From a virus (Duplodnaviria; Caudoviricetes): DNA of 64,000 nt. Of this stretch, positions 47,489 to 57,373 are shown in pieces. The DNA lies in the IMG/VR virus record IMGVR_UViG_3300031998_002794, positions 714-64,713 of that record. One strand, given 5' to 3'. The notes under the pieces were generated by a model, which was not told the DNA's origin, made no database searches, and saw only the letters and a program-made list of their open reading frames with translations. Made by a program: the position numbers and the translations under genes. Numbering within the stretch: the first letter of the stretch is position 1; each line of letters opens with the position of its first letter.

Positions 47489-49117
47489 ATGGCTAGTATG
47501 ACAGACAAGATGAAGGAATTCCTTGCTAATCAGAATCAAGCGAACAATAATAAGACATCGTTTGACATTTCTGAATCTGCAAAGGAAGTAAATGAAAAGC
47601 TTAGCGACATCCACGCTTTGTTTGTCAATACAGACGATGAAGTAACAGACTTGTCTGACAATGTATTTGACTTGACTAACATTGTCAAGATGGTCGCTGT
47701 CGAGATTGATGACTATGGCGAGATAATGTGTCATAGCCTTTTGTCAATGCAGGCGTCACTTCAGACTTTGCTTAATTCACATGAGTTCGCTATGATGTCT
47801 AGCATCGAGTCAACACTCGAGCGTGGCATGACAAGATTGATTAGAAATAGCAACGATATGCTCAGAATGGAAAAGTCTGAGGCAAAGGCTAATCGTGACG
47901 CTCGTAAATTGACTACACAAGCCAAGACGAATGTGCTTGTTTCAAAGAAGAAGGAACTTACATCTAACAAGCCAGAACCTGGTAAGCAAGGCATTGACTC
48001 AAAGATGATTGCTGACCAGATGAAGCAAGGCTTGATGACTGCACTTAACCCAGTAACCCTTGTAAAGACATTCTTCTCATTCATTCTTCCTAAGCTTATC
48101 GTATTAGGATTGCTTCTTTACGGATTCATCGTTGGATTCTTAGGAGGTGATGTATATGACTTTGTCTGCGCTATGGGAGCGGTCGTGATAGGTCTCTTCG
48201 TGGCGTTCATAGCCTTCCAGATAAGTAAGCAACTTATCTTACTTGGCATTCAGATAGCGTGTGAATGGATTAAGGTCGCATTGGCTGCTCAACCGGCGGC
48301 GATAGCAATAGTTGCGATAGGCATCATTCTTGTTGCCTTCTTAGCGGTCGCTGCACTTATTGCGGTAACCATAATTGCAGCAGTGCTTGGTATCGTCGTG
48401 GCAATGTATGTACTTACCAAAGCAATGAAAGCGATGGTCACATCAATGATTGAAGGAATCATGGGCGTCTTCCAAGAACAACTTGTGAAGACTGAATCTA
48501 TGATAAAAGAAACGATGACCATCATCAGCACCGTTATTCCGTTGTTGACTGAAAAGATGCTTGAGATGACTAACACTTTGTCTGTTGGTTTGAATAAAGT
48601 AATCGGCAACCTCGCAAGTTCGTTCTTGGTGATGGAACAGACTATGGACGGTCTTGCTTCTGAAATGTCCAAGATCTTCAATGGATTGGCTGCTGCAATT
48701 ATTTCATCTGCTTTGTTTAAGTCAGTCGAGAAGGCAAAGGCTGAAGGTGAAGATTTTACTGCTCGTCTTAGCCCGCTTCACGATACTGTCAGAAGTATTG
48801 AGAAGTTGTTAAGAGAAGTCGTCAAGGGTGTCAGAAACAACAGAACAAAGATTGCTCGCTCGACTTACAACAGCAATTCGTCTAATACATATAATGGCGG
48901 CGACGTCTATAACACAGCACGAGTAAGTGATGGTATGAAGTCTGTTGGCGAAACAGCAGTACTTGGAAGACCAAGCGATTATGTAACCAATGATAAACTC
49001 GATGAGTTGAAGACATCACTTACAACTGCACTTGCTGAAGTTGTTGCTGCTATCAAGAACATTCAAATTAACGTTCCTGAACAGAAGAGCTCAGGACCTT
49101 GGAGCTTGTTTGGTTAA
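47489..49117 (+). CDS. tape-measure-like protein with a long hydrophobic segment
   Basis: 542-aa helical protein with an extended TM-like stretch (aa ~200-310), in the tail cluster. Confidence 0.5.
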   Translation: MASMTDKMKEFLANQNQANNNKTSFDISESAKEVNEKLSDIHALFVNTDDEVTDLSDNVFDLTNIVKMVAVEIDDYGEIMCHSLLSMQASLQTLLNSHEFAMMSSIESTLERGMTRLIRNSNDMLRMEKSEAKANRDARKLTTQAKTNVLVSKKKELTSNKPEPGKQGIDSKMIADQMKQGLMTALNPVTLVKTFFSFILPKLIVLGLLLYGFIVGFLGGDVYDFVCAMGAVVIGLFVAFIAFQISKQLILLGIQIACEWIKVALAAQPAAIAIVAIGIILVAFLAVAALIAVTIIAAVLGIVVAMYVLTKAMKAMVTSMIEGIMGVFQEQLVKTESMIKETMTIISTVIPLLTEKMLEMTNTLSVGLNKVIGNLASSFLVMEQTMDGLASEMSKIFNGLAAAIISSALFKSVEKAKAEGEDFTARLSPLHDTVRSIEKLLREVVKGVRNNRTKIARSTYNSNSSNTYNGGDVYNTARVSDGMKSVGETAVLGRPSDYVTNDKLDELKTSLTTALAEVVAAIKNIQINVPEQKSSGPWSLFG

Positions 49118-50031
49118 TGCTTAGAGTTGGAAGACCGACATATCGTCCTACTGAAACACAAAGAACTCCGATGCAGAAAACATCGGAGGTAGTCTTCGAG
49201 TTGTCAAGCCAGTCGCAGCAAGCGAAGAACTGGGTTCCGTTCAGAGATGTGCGTTTCTGCGTTACTTTGTCAGAACCTGTTTCATTTGAGATTGCTACTA
49301 AATGGAAAGAATCTGGTGGTGCTTCAATAGCAAACAAGTTGAACGACATCTTTAACTCAAACTTGATTAAGATGATCGGTGGCGCTAATGCTGTCGCTGG
49401 AACGCCTACTGATGCGTGGTCACAAAAGATTACAGAAATCGGTGACCCGATTGGAATGAAACTCAAGTTCAGAATTTACCATAAGAACGCTCAAGAACAT
49501 AACTCGTATGCTGAAGCAGGTGCGGGCGAGGTTGACTATACTTATACAGACCTCATCAAGTTCTTTACGATTGTCTGCGCTCCACCTCAGATATACACTT
49601 TGAAGAATGATACGATTGGTCCTCTTGTTGCTGCTGCACAAACCGCAAACAAGATAATGACCAAATCACGAGAGGTTTATGATAGCAGAAGAGCCGCTGG
49701 TCAAGGCGTTGTTTCTTCATCTATTGACGCTGGACTTGGACTTATCAAGACCGCAGCTGCTCAGGGTGGCCTTGATGGAGTCACCAGCGGTCCAAGACTA
49801 AACTACACATTGCTTTTTACTCGTGTAGGTACATTCAATTTTCCAAGAGAAATTGACTGGATAGTTAAATCATTCACATGGACACCAAGTACCCAAATGA
49901 TTGTCGGCGAGACTGACTGCCCCGAACCGCTTTGGGTTGACTTTGATGTAGATGTTGAGACTAACTTCGCTCCATCTAATGCATTCGTTACTAGAATGTT
50001 TACGCCGTTGAAACACGCGGCTACTGATTAA
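49117..50031 (+). CDS. baseplate hub/tube-cap-like protein
   Basis: TAATG-coupled start; shares K(L/F)(K/R)F(R/C).Y and W..P..W..F patterns with 50028-51437. Confidence 0.45.
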   Translation: MLRVGRPTYRPTETQRTPMQKTSEVVFELSSQSQQAKNWVPFRDVRFCVTLSEPVSFEIATKWKESGGASIANKLNDIFNSNLIKMIGGANAVAGTPTDAWSQKITEIGDPIGMKLKFRIYHKNAQEHNSYAEAGAGEVDYTYTDLIKFFTIVCAPPQIYTLKNDTIGPLVAAAQTANKIMTKSREVYDSRRAAGQGVVSSSIDAGLGLIKTAAAQGGLDGVTSGPRLNYTLLFTRVGTFNFPREIDWIVKSFTWTPSTQMIVGETDCPEPLWVDFDVDVETNFAPSNAFVTRMFTPLKHAATD

Positions 50032-51437
50032 GCATAGAATAGATGATCATCTAGCTGTTTATTGAACAGCTTTAACTGCCAAGTCTGTGCGGCAGGCTTT
50101 TGGTCCATTGTGCAGTTAAGCGTAAAGTCATAATAGTAATGATCATTCACTGATTCATTCCATTCTTTTGATGGAACGACATTCCAACTGCTTACATAGA
50201 CGATAAGCGGCTCTTTGAAAAGCCAAGGATAAATTCTTAAACCAAACAAGTTGGCGCCGAATACTTTTGGATTGCTCAAACGAACGTTTTCTTGATTATA
50301 CTTGTCAAGCGAGATTGCGTTCTGGCTTCCGAATACTTGATTCATTCCAGTTACGGCTGCTTCTGCATTGACCTGAGTCTTAGAGCCGTCACTGTTTGTT
50401 CTTTCGCCTTTAATGGCGTCCTTCAAGTCTTCAAATGCTTTTGCTGCACCATCCGCAGCTCTTGCTAATGTACCGATTGCATTGTTCACACTGAATGAAC
50501 ATGCACTGTTGATAGGCGTAGTCATAGCAAGTGTCAAGAGCCATTCTTTTGCAGAAGTCATAGGCTTAGAACCTACTAACTGTCCAGGATAGCATCTAAA
50601 CTTGATTGAGAATGAAATGTCACCAGTGTCCTTGTAAGAACGAGCAGTCAACTGGTCTTTACGTCTCATGACTGCATACTGCGATGTAGCTGTCTTCTGT
50701 CCAAGGAACTCAAGAAATTCATTGTTGAGCAACTTATCGAGTTCTTCGCCAACAGAACCGGCAGGCGAGTTGGCCCATTCAGTTGACATTGAGAACGGCG
50801 GCAATTCAGTCATGATTCCGTCGCATACTAACTGTTGCTTTACTTCAGGATAGCCAGTGAACATTACGAAATAGTTGTTTCCGTATTCTTTAAACTTCTG
50901 CTTAACGGTATCGCCGTTGAAGTTGAAGTTCTTGCCATCAAGTTGGCCGTTTTGAGCGATGAGCTTTTTCCAAGCATCATAATAGTTCTTATCAGAAGTG
51001 ATAATTCCGTTTGGACCTATCTGGGTGTAGCTGTGACCTTTATCAACCATTCCCTGAGCAATGGTAAGATGGTCAACATACTTGCCTTCTGCTTGGGCTT
51101 GACGAGCTTTATCGTATTCTTGCTTAAGATCTTTATTGAACTGGTCTTTACTAGCCAGTTCTTTATTACGAGCATTTATTTCAATGTTTGCATAACGCAA
51201 CATTAATGTTTCATCAAGCGTGCCTTTCTGAATCTTTTCTTCATCTTCTAAAACTGCTTGATAAACCGCATTGTCTTTAAGAAAACGCTCAATACTTTTA
51301 TCTGATGTGTCTTTACCCTGCTCCTGCAGAGTTTTGAACGCATCATGCTTCATAGCCTCTCGCTTGTGCTTTATGTATTGCCCAGCTTGATGCTTGCTGT
51401 AATCATCATTTGCGTTTTCAGCTCGTCTCATTGCCAT
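50028..51437 (-). CDS. baseplate hub/tube-cap-like paralogue with an N-terminal helical extension
   Basis: 469 aa; AGGAGAGG RBS and GATAAATA on the - strand. Confidence 0.55.
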   Translation of the reverse strand: MAMRRAENANDDYSKHQAGQYIKHKREAMKHDAFKTLQEQGKDTSDKSIERFLKDNAVYQAVLEDEEKIQKGTLDETLMLRYANIEINARNKELASKDQFNKDLKQEYDKARQAQAEGKYVDHLTIAQGMVDKGHSYTQIGPNGIITSDKNYYDAWKKLIAQNGQLDGKNFNFNGDTVKQKFKEYGNNYFVMFTGYPEVKQQLVCDGIMTELPPFSMSTEWANSPAGSVGEELDKLLNNEFLEFLGQKTATSQYAVMRRKDQLTARSYKDTGDISFSIKFRCYPGQLVGSKPMTSAKEWLLTLAMTTPINSACSFSVNNAIGTLARAADGAAKAFEDLKDAIKGERTNSDGSKTQVNAEAAVTGMNQVFGSQNAISLDKYNQENVRLSNPKVFGANLFGLRIYPWLFKEPLIVYVSSWNVVPSKEWNESVNDHYYYDFTLNCTMDQKPAAQTWQLKLFNKQLDDHLFYA

Positions 51438-51451
51438 GTATATTCCTCTCC

Positions 51452-51475
51452 TTTTATTTATCCGAATAAATAAAA
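51452..51475. promoter_or_regulatory. back-to-back divergent late promoters
   Basis: TTTTATTTAT-ccga-ATAAATAAAA palindrome between divergent genes. Confidence 0.7.
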
Positions 51476-51488
51476 TAAAGAGAGTATT

Positions 51489-52289
51489 ATGTTAAATTAT
51501 AGTGAGATTTTTGACATTCGTAAAACGACTTTACCGCTTGGAAAGAAGGACCTTTCCGGGGTTTTGGCTAAAAGATCGTTCATGGGATATGTTCAGTGTC
51601 CGTATAACCGATTGGTTGACACGCTGAAGGAAATATCTCAAGCAGAGGTTTATCAGATTTCAGTTAACCCGCAGGCTCTTTATGCCGCAGGCAACAACCC
51701 GTTCAGTCATGCTGACGTAGTCATTCAGGTAGAAGGTCTAAGATCTTACGATGAATTCGTTGATAAGATCATCAACTCGCAGGATGGCAAGGAATGGACT
51801 GACTTCATGACTTATTCAAGAACCTTCCAAGATGAAGTCAAGAACATCAAGATAGCAGCTATCAAGAAGTACTTATGGAATGAACTGAACATCAACAACT
51901 GGTTTGAAGAAGCAAATGTTCGCCTTCCGCCTGCCAGCAAAATGAACCTTGTCTCTGACTTTGAATTGTTCAAGAAGAACGTTCTTTTGACTGACGACTT
52001 GCAGTCATTCATTGATGCATGCGATGAAGGTGAACTCAAGACTGCTTCTGCTGTTTTGACTGCGACATTGGTAAAGATGTTTGACAAGTACCGCGGTGAA
52101 CTTAATCACCACATTTACAACAATACACGCCGCGAACAGAGCATAATGATTAAAAATCCGGTAATTAACAGAATCTTCATTGTCTCTAACTACGCAAGAC
52201 AATGTGAGAAGGACTGGCCGAAAATCAAGTTTACTTCGCTTGATAGACGTAGCTTTGAAAGTATCAGTTTGTGGAATGAGGAAACGTAA
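51489..52289 (+). CDS. hypothetical protein
   Basis: 266-aa ORF. Confidence 0.75.
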   Translation: MLNYSEIFDIRKTTLPLGKKDLSGVLAKRSFMGYVQCPYNRLVDTLKEISQAEVYQISVNPQALYAAGNNPFSHADVVIQVEGLRSYDEFVDKIINSQDGKEWTDFMTYSRTFQDEVKNIKIAAIKKYLWNELNINNWFEEANVRLPPASKMNLVSDFELFKKNVLLTDDLQSFIDACDEGELKTASAVLTATLVKMFDKYRGELNHHIYNNTRREQSIMIKNPVINRIFIVSNYARQCEKDWPKIKFTSLDRRSFESISLWNEET

Positions 52290-55021
52290 TGATAAGACAT
52301 AACTTCTTTGATTTCAATTACGATTACCTAAGATTTGACACCACTTGGGCATTTGAGTGGGACGTAGAAAAAGAGGGCAATGGAACCATCCAGTTTGACC
52401 CGTTTACTCGTGCGATTGACGGAGAAGCTGGAAATAGTCTTGTTTGGCGTTTTAACGGTGATGTTGCTTCAACTGTTCATAACGAATTTGAATGGAATCA
52501 AGATCAGCCTTGGCTAGAGTATCATGGAGCAAATGAAGATGGCACAGATACTGACGGCACTGGCCCGAATAGCTATACAGACTTATGGGACGCTTCGCAT
52601 CCGGACAACTTGACCCGATACTTGTCCCCATTCGGTTCAACCGGCATGATGACATTGACGAATACAGTTGAGACTGTTATCATTGATACAGTCCCTCCTC
52701 GTTTCGTATCTGATGCTGGCACTGAATACATTATGATAGCAACGCCTGACGATAAAGATAAGACAGGCAAAATCAGAGAAGACTTGTCTCGTGAAGTAGA
52801 ACTTGTATTCCAAGATCAAGCTGGACTTGACTTCAAGTACTTCACTATTCAAGTACCTGGGTATGGCGTCATTTATGATTATGACAGACAGACAGAAACA
52901 CAGACTGTCTTTGATGAAGACGTAATCGTCAAGAAGTCAATGAAGGTCTATTCTGACGGTTTCAATACATACAAGATCAAGTTCAAGATGAAGTATGTAT
53001 CTCAAGACTTCCAAGATACTCTTTCTGAACATGGACTTGTAATTCAAGTCTGGGACAAGGCAGCAAACCATCAGTCATATACATTCGGCGATGGATCTCT
53101 TAATGATAAGAAATGGATTTTTATAGATGCAAGCCGTGCTTTAGACGAGTTTGAACCGTTGGTGATTAAATTCACTGACATAAACCCGCCTTCCGGGATC
53201 CTGGAATCCTCTGTAGAGGGTGAAGCGTGGGTAACTATATACAACCCAAATGACGAATTGTGGGTCCTTGGAATGAATTCTATCGTGGAGCAACTTTCCG
53301 AGATTTCCAACGGCTGGATAAATCCGTCTACTCTTACTGACCAATGGGTTGACCCTGAGTTAGGCGACATTTCTGGATACGAAAAGACAGGAATGGTCCG
53401 CTTCAAGATAGAGCATATCAATAAGTCAGGTTTAACAGAAGTTGAAGTTTGGTGCAAGACTGGCCTTGCTAAGTTTGACGATATCTTGAAGACAGTCACT
53501 TACGCAAAGAACAGCATTTCTTGGATGGTGATGGATCCTGATGGACGTCGCTATAACCTCAAGCCTTATGTTCCGAATTACTTGAAGAATACTGACTACT
53601 ATGACTTCATCAAGTTCTTTGAACTTTACTTGAACACAGTCTATACGAACATGACTCGTGGAACCAACATTTCAATTCTTGAGAAGATTGCAGAAATTGG
53701 TGACTTCCTTGACATTGACAAGATTGAGAACTATCTTGTTCGAGAATATGCTCGTCATCGTGGCACAGAGTTCAGCATTGACCTTGAGACTATGCTCAAC
53801 ATGAACCTCGGTTTCTTCAACCCAGGCGTAATTGCTTCACGTGACGAAGATGATGTTCTTGACATCGTTAAGTATGCCTTGAAGAATCTTCCAATGTATA
53901 ACCAGTTGAAAGGTACTGATAAAGGCATGATCATGGCTTTGAAGATGTTCTCGTTCGTCTGTAAGTTAGTACCGCTCTGGGTAAAGATGGAACCGCAGGT
54001 TGAAGACAACCCGAACTTCATTGAAGAAGATCGTCTTTATTCATTCACTGGCTATTTCATGACTTCAAGATTCAACCTCGAAGTTGATGCGACTAACTGT
54101 GACTTCAAGGACTTCAATAACAACATTGATGCGTTCATCAATTTCATCAAGAGCATCAAGCCTATCACACGAATCTTGAACTTGATTAAGTACACAATTA
54201 TCTCGAACGCCGATGTTCAGATTGCTATGGACACTACTAATACACAAAAGACTGAAGGCGAATACAAAGATTATGTACTTATCTACAATTACGCTGACAT
54301 TCAAGAAATGGCAAAGCGTTCAAGACTTAATGAAAGCACTGGTCATGTTGAACGCCTTTGGTTCGGTTTCCGTCCAGGCAATACATCAACTATTGCTGAC
54401 GAGAATGTACCTAATATGTACACAACTCTCGGAACATTGCTTGAGAAGTACCGTGGTAAATTTAAGTTCACATACAAAGCAAGATCTAAAACTATCTCAC
54501 TTCAATACTGGGTATATGATGAAAGCACTCAGCAAATGAACGCAGACACTATTTGGTTCACATACAGTGACCCGTCAGGATTAGATGACCGAATAAATGC
54601 AGCATTCGTTCAGCTTACTGGCTATGATGAAGCATACGTCGCTAGCTTGACTACTCCAGCACAGAGAGCTAACTACAACGCAGCCAAGGCAAACTTCACT
54701 AAGGAATATAAAGTTCTTCAGGCTAAGATTAATGAAAGCACTGATATCGTGAAGGAATTTTCATTGAAGAACGTAAAGCCTATGATTCTTGACAGCGGCT
54801 TCTTCTTCGTTCCGTATGAAGGTTCTGTTGAAACTTATCTTGCTAGCATCTTCAAGTATATGTTCGTTGAGAATGACTGCCTTGAGTTCTTCAACAAGTG
54901 GTCAAAGGTTTCTATCGGCGACCCTTGGCTCTACTTTGGTCACGGCGGAACACAAATCGGCGATACAGTAGAAGTCAAATTCAGTCACATCCCTGGTACC
55001 GAGCTTTATACCTTTGAATAA
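52289..55021 (+). CDS. baseplate wedge subunit (gp7 / P2 gpI-like domain)
   Basis: NLKPYVPNYL..F.KFFELYL..DIDK..YARHRG..LPMYNQLKGT..ALKMF. Confidence 0.6.
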   Translation: MIRHNFFDFNYDYLRFDTTWAFEWDVEKEGNGTIQFDPFTRAIDGEAGNSLVWRFNGDVASTVHNEFEWNQDQPWLEYHGANEDGTDTDGTGPNSYTDLWDASHPDNLTRYLSPFGSTGMMTLTNTVETVIIDTVPPRFVSDAGTEYIMIATPDDKDKTGKIREDLSREVELVFQDQAGLDFKYFTIQVPGYGVIYDYDRQTETQTVFDEDVIVKKSMKVYSDGFNTYKIKFKMKYVSQDFQDTLSEHGLVIQVWDKAANHQSYTFGDGSLNDKKWIFIDASRALDEFEPLVIKFTDINPPSGILESSVEGEAWVTIYNPNDELWVLGMNSIVEQLSEISNGWINPSTLTDQWVDPELGDISGYEKTGMVRFKIEHINKSGLTEVEVWCKTGLAKFDDILKTVTYAKNSISWMVMDPDGRRYNLKPYVPNYLKNTDYYDFIKFFELYLNTVYTNMTRGTNISILEKIAEIGDFLDIDKIENYLVREYARHRGTEFSIDLETMLNMNLGFFNPGVIASRDEDDVLDIVKYALKNLPMYNQLKGTDKGMIMALKMFSFVCKLVPLWVKMEPQVEDNPNFIEEDRLYSFTGYFMTSRFNLEVDATNCDFKDFNNNIDAFINFIKSIKPITRILNLIKYTIISNADVQIAMDTTNTQKTEGEYKDYVLIYNYADIQEMAKRSRLNESTGHVERLWFGFRPGNTSTIADENVPNMYTTLGTLLEKYRGKFKFTYKARSKTISLQYWVYDESTQQMNADTIWFTYSDPSGLDDRINAAFVQLTGYDEAYVASLTTPAQRANYNAAKANFTKEYKVLQAKINESTDIVKEFSLKNVKPMILDSGFFFVPYEGSVETYLASIFKYMFVENDCLEFFNKWSKVSIGDPWLYFGHGGTQIGDTVEVKFSHIPGTELYTFE

Positions 55022-55051
55022 ATATAAAAAGGAATAAAGTAAGGTGTCATT

Positions 55052-55831
55052 GTGAATAGTTACGATAAGACAAAACGTAGATTAGTTTTTACCGATGAAG
55101 GCAGAACTACCGTTTTCAAGCAAGGAAACGGTCTTAAGTTCGCCAACATCGGTTTTGCTTTAGTGAAAGATTCCCGAAAGTACTTGTTCAAGAAGGTTCG
55201 CGGCGGATCTTCTGAAGAAACAATTACACCAGATTTTAGCAAGTTAAAGGATTTAACAATTTCTGATATTTTAACTAACTGCGATGTTATATTCAACAAA
55301 GTTAGTTATAAAGATGTTGGAGGCTCGCTGCAGCCTGTAAGTTACAAGCAGCAGTCAAATGCTAAGAAGTCACTCGCTAGCTATCTGTTCCCAATCTATT
55401 ACAGCTACCAATTTGATGAAGATGAGGAGGCTGACAAGAAGGCTTACATCTCATACGATGTTTACATCAAGCCCGGAATGATTTCTATTGCTGATTGGGC
55501 AAATGATCTTGAGTTTGATGCGATAATCTACTTCGCATTGCCATTCAAGCCAGAGCGTCAAAATAAAGGCTTAGGCGATAAACAGACAGCAGCGATGTTT
55601 GGTATTAACTACTTCACTGACGATAAGGTGATGATTCTTAAAGACCAGAATGCGCGTCTAGTGTTCAATGTAGAAGCTCATTTCCACTTTGATACATTTG
55701 ACCCAGTGCCGGTTAGCTTGCCAGCTGACTATAATCCTAACTGCTTGCATATTGTAAATAATAAGGTAACGAACACCGTGCTTACAGACGCTAATACTTT
55801 GGGCACGACAGATAATCTTTTGATTATGTAG
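55052..55831 (+). CDS. baseplate/tail-fibre-associated protein
   Basis: GTG start with AAGGTG RBS; N-terminus resembles that of 57374. Confidence 0.55.
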   Translation: MNSYDKTKRRLVFTDEGRTTVFKQGNGLKFANIGFALVKDSRKYLFKKVRGGSSEETITPDFSKLKDLTISDILTNCDVIFNKVSYKDVGGSLQPVSYKQQSNAKKSLASYLFPIYYSYQFDEDEEADKKAYISYDVYIKPGMISIADWANDLEFDAIIYFALPFKPERQNKGLGDKQTAAMFGINYFTDDKVMILKDQNARLVFNVEAHFHFDTFDPVPVSLPADYNPNCLHIVNNKVTNTVLTDANTLGTTDNLLIM

Positions 55832-55839
55832 GTGATGAA

Positions 55840-57372
55840 ATGGACTCAAAGCTTTATGAAACATTTGCGAAATTGAACATCATGTCTCCCGCTGCTGACT
55901 CTTATGAAGAGTCTCAGCCGCAGTTGATGTTTACTTTTGTGAACAACAAGAATAAGTCGTGGAAAGGCCAGATGATGGCCTTCAACTACACTGACGGTGA
56001 CCCGGACAGCGAATGTCCGCCTTTGTTCCGCATTCACGAAAAGACATCAAAGACCAAGTCAAACATGAACTTTGACTTGCTTGGTAACAACAACCTTTAC
56101 AGAAGTGGTAAAGGCACAAGCGGTAGCATTAGCCGAAATTCATTCATCTATTCTCAAGACAACGAATTAGAGAATTTCGTTCATGACACGACTTTCATTA
56201 ACTCCGATGACAACTATGTAGAGAAGCACCTCTACAACCTTGATGTATTTGACTCAAACGGCAACACATTCCGCGGTGGCTGGGATATTCACGGCAATAC
56301 TCCAGTTACACACGATATGAACTTGTTCTGCACTGACAATTCTATCTTCACTCCTGCTTATCATTACGTCAAGGGATTGGTCACTCAGCCTAACGGAACA
56401 AAGAAAGAAGTTTGGAGATATTCTGGTGGTGACCTTCAAGGCCAGACTTTGATTGACTCTGACCAGACTCAAGTTTACGGATTTACGAATAAGAATTATC
56501 ACGGCGTCGCAATTTCTTCACCGCGTAACCGTCATACTCTTGCTGACACTGCTTCTTATGAAGTTCAGATTGGTAACGAATACGGTTACACTCAATATGT
56601 TTCTGGCGGTCTTATTGCTATCGGTCGTGGTTTGACATACATCAAAGGTCAAGGCGACAAGATCATCTTAGGTAACTGGAACGCAAACGATACGAATGAT
56701 AACGCAGTGCTTATCGTTGGCGACGGTTTCGCAATTGACCCATACATCACAAAGAACCTTCCTAAGTTGAAGAAAAATGATAACTCATTCTGGAGAGCAT
56801 TCTCAGGAACAGGCGATAGAGTCAATTATTATCGTCATAACTTGATGCAGGTCAACCGTAAAGGCTACATCGGTATCTACAGCTTTGATAACCCACAGAC
56901 ACAGTGGGCTCAGTATGGCTTTGACGGCATTACTGCTCGTGATGGCAATAACGTCTTCAAGATTAAGTATCAAGATGTCTATGCTAAGTTGAACGCATAC
57001 GACACAATGTCTGAATATCAGGCACTTATTGACAGTTACACAGAAAAGGTTAGAGAATATACACAAGCTGTTCCGAAAGCAAAGATGATCATCTTGTCTG
57101 AGTCTACTAACCTTAATACTTACTATGATGGTAACCCATCGTTCAGAGCTGGACTTTCTAATAACACTGTTGTAACGGTTACAGTTCAGAATCCTAATGC
57201 GGGTGCTGAATTCTCTTGCAGCATCACAGGCCAGATTAAGTATGGCGATGATAATGCAAGAACTGAAACGGTTACAGTAAAGAACTATAACTCTGTTCAA
57301 TTCTTGTATGTAGATAGCAAAGACACTTCAACTGGCACTCGCATTGTCGGTTTTTCAAAGATAAATAATTAA
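55840..57372 (+). CDS. tail fibre/spike-like protein
   Basis: AIGRGL..ILGNWNA..VLIVGDG..R.NL..V motif typical of beta-roll fibre proteins. Confidence 0.55.
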   Translation: MDSKLYETFAKLNIMSPAADSYEESQPQLMFTFVNNKNKSWKGQMMAFNYTDGDPDSECPPLFRIHEKTSKTKSNMNFDLLGNNNLYRSGKGTSGSISRNSFIYSQDNELENFVHDTTFINSDDNYVEKHLYNLDVFDSNGNTFRGGWDIHGNTPVTHDMNLFCTDNSIFTPAYHYVKGLVTQPNGTKKEVWRYSGGDLQGQTLIDSDQTQVYGFTNKNYHGVAISSPRNRHTLADTASYEVQIGNEYGYTQYVSGGLIAIGRGLTYIKGQGDKIILGNWNANDTNDNAVLIVGDGFAIDPYITKNLPKLKKNDNSFWRAFSGTGDRVNYYRHNLMQVNRKGYIGIYSFDNPQTQWAQYGFDGITARDGNNVFKIKYQDVYAKLNAYDTMSEYQALIDSYTEKVREYTQAVPKAKMIILSESTNLNTYYDGNPSFRAGLSNNTVVTVTVQNPNAGAEFSCSITGQIKYGDDNARTETVTVKNYNSVQFLYVDSKDTSTGTRIVGFSKINN

Positions 57373-57373
57373 G

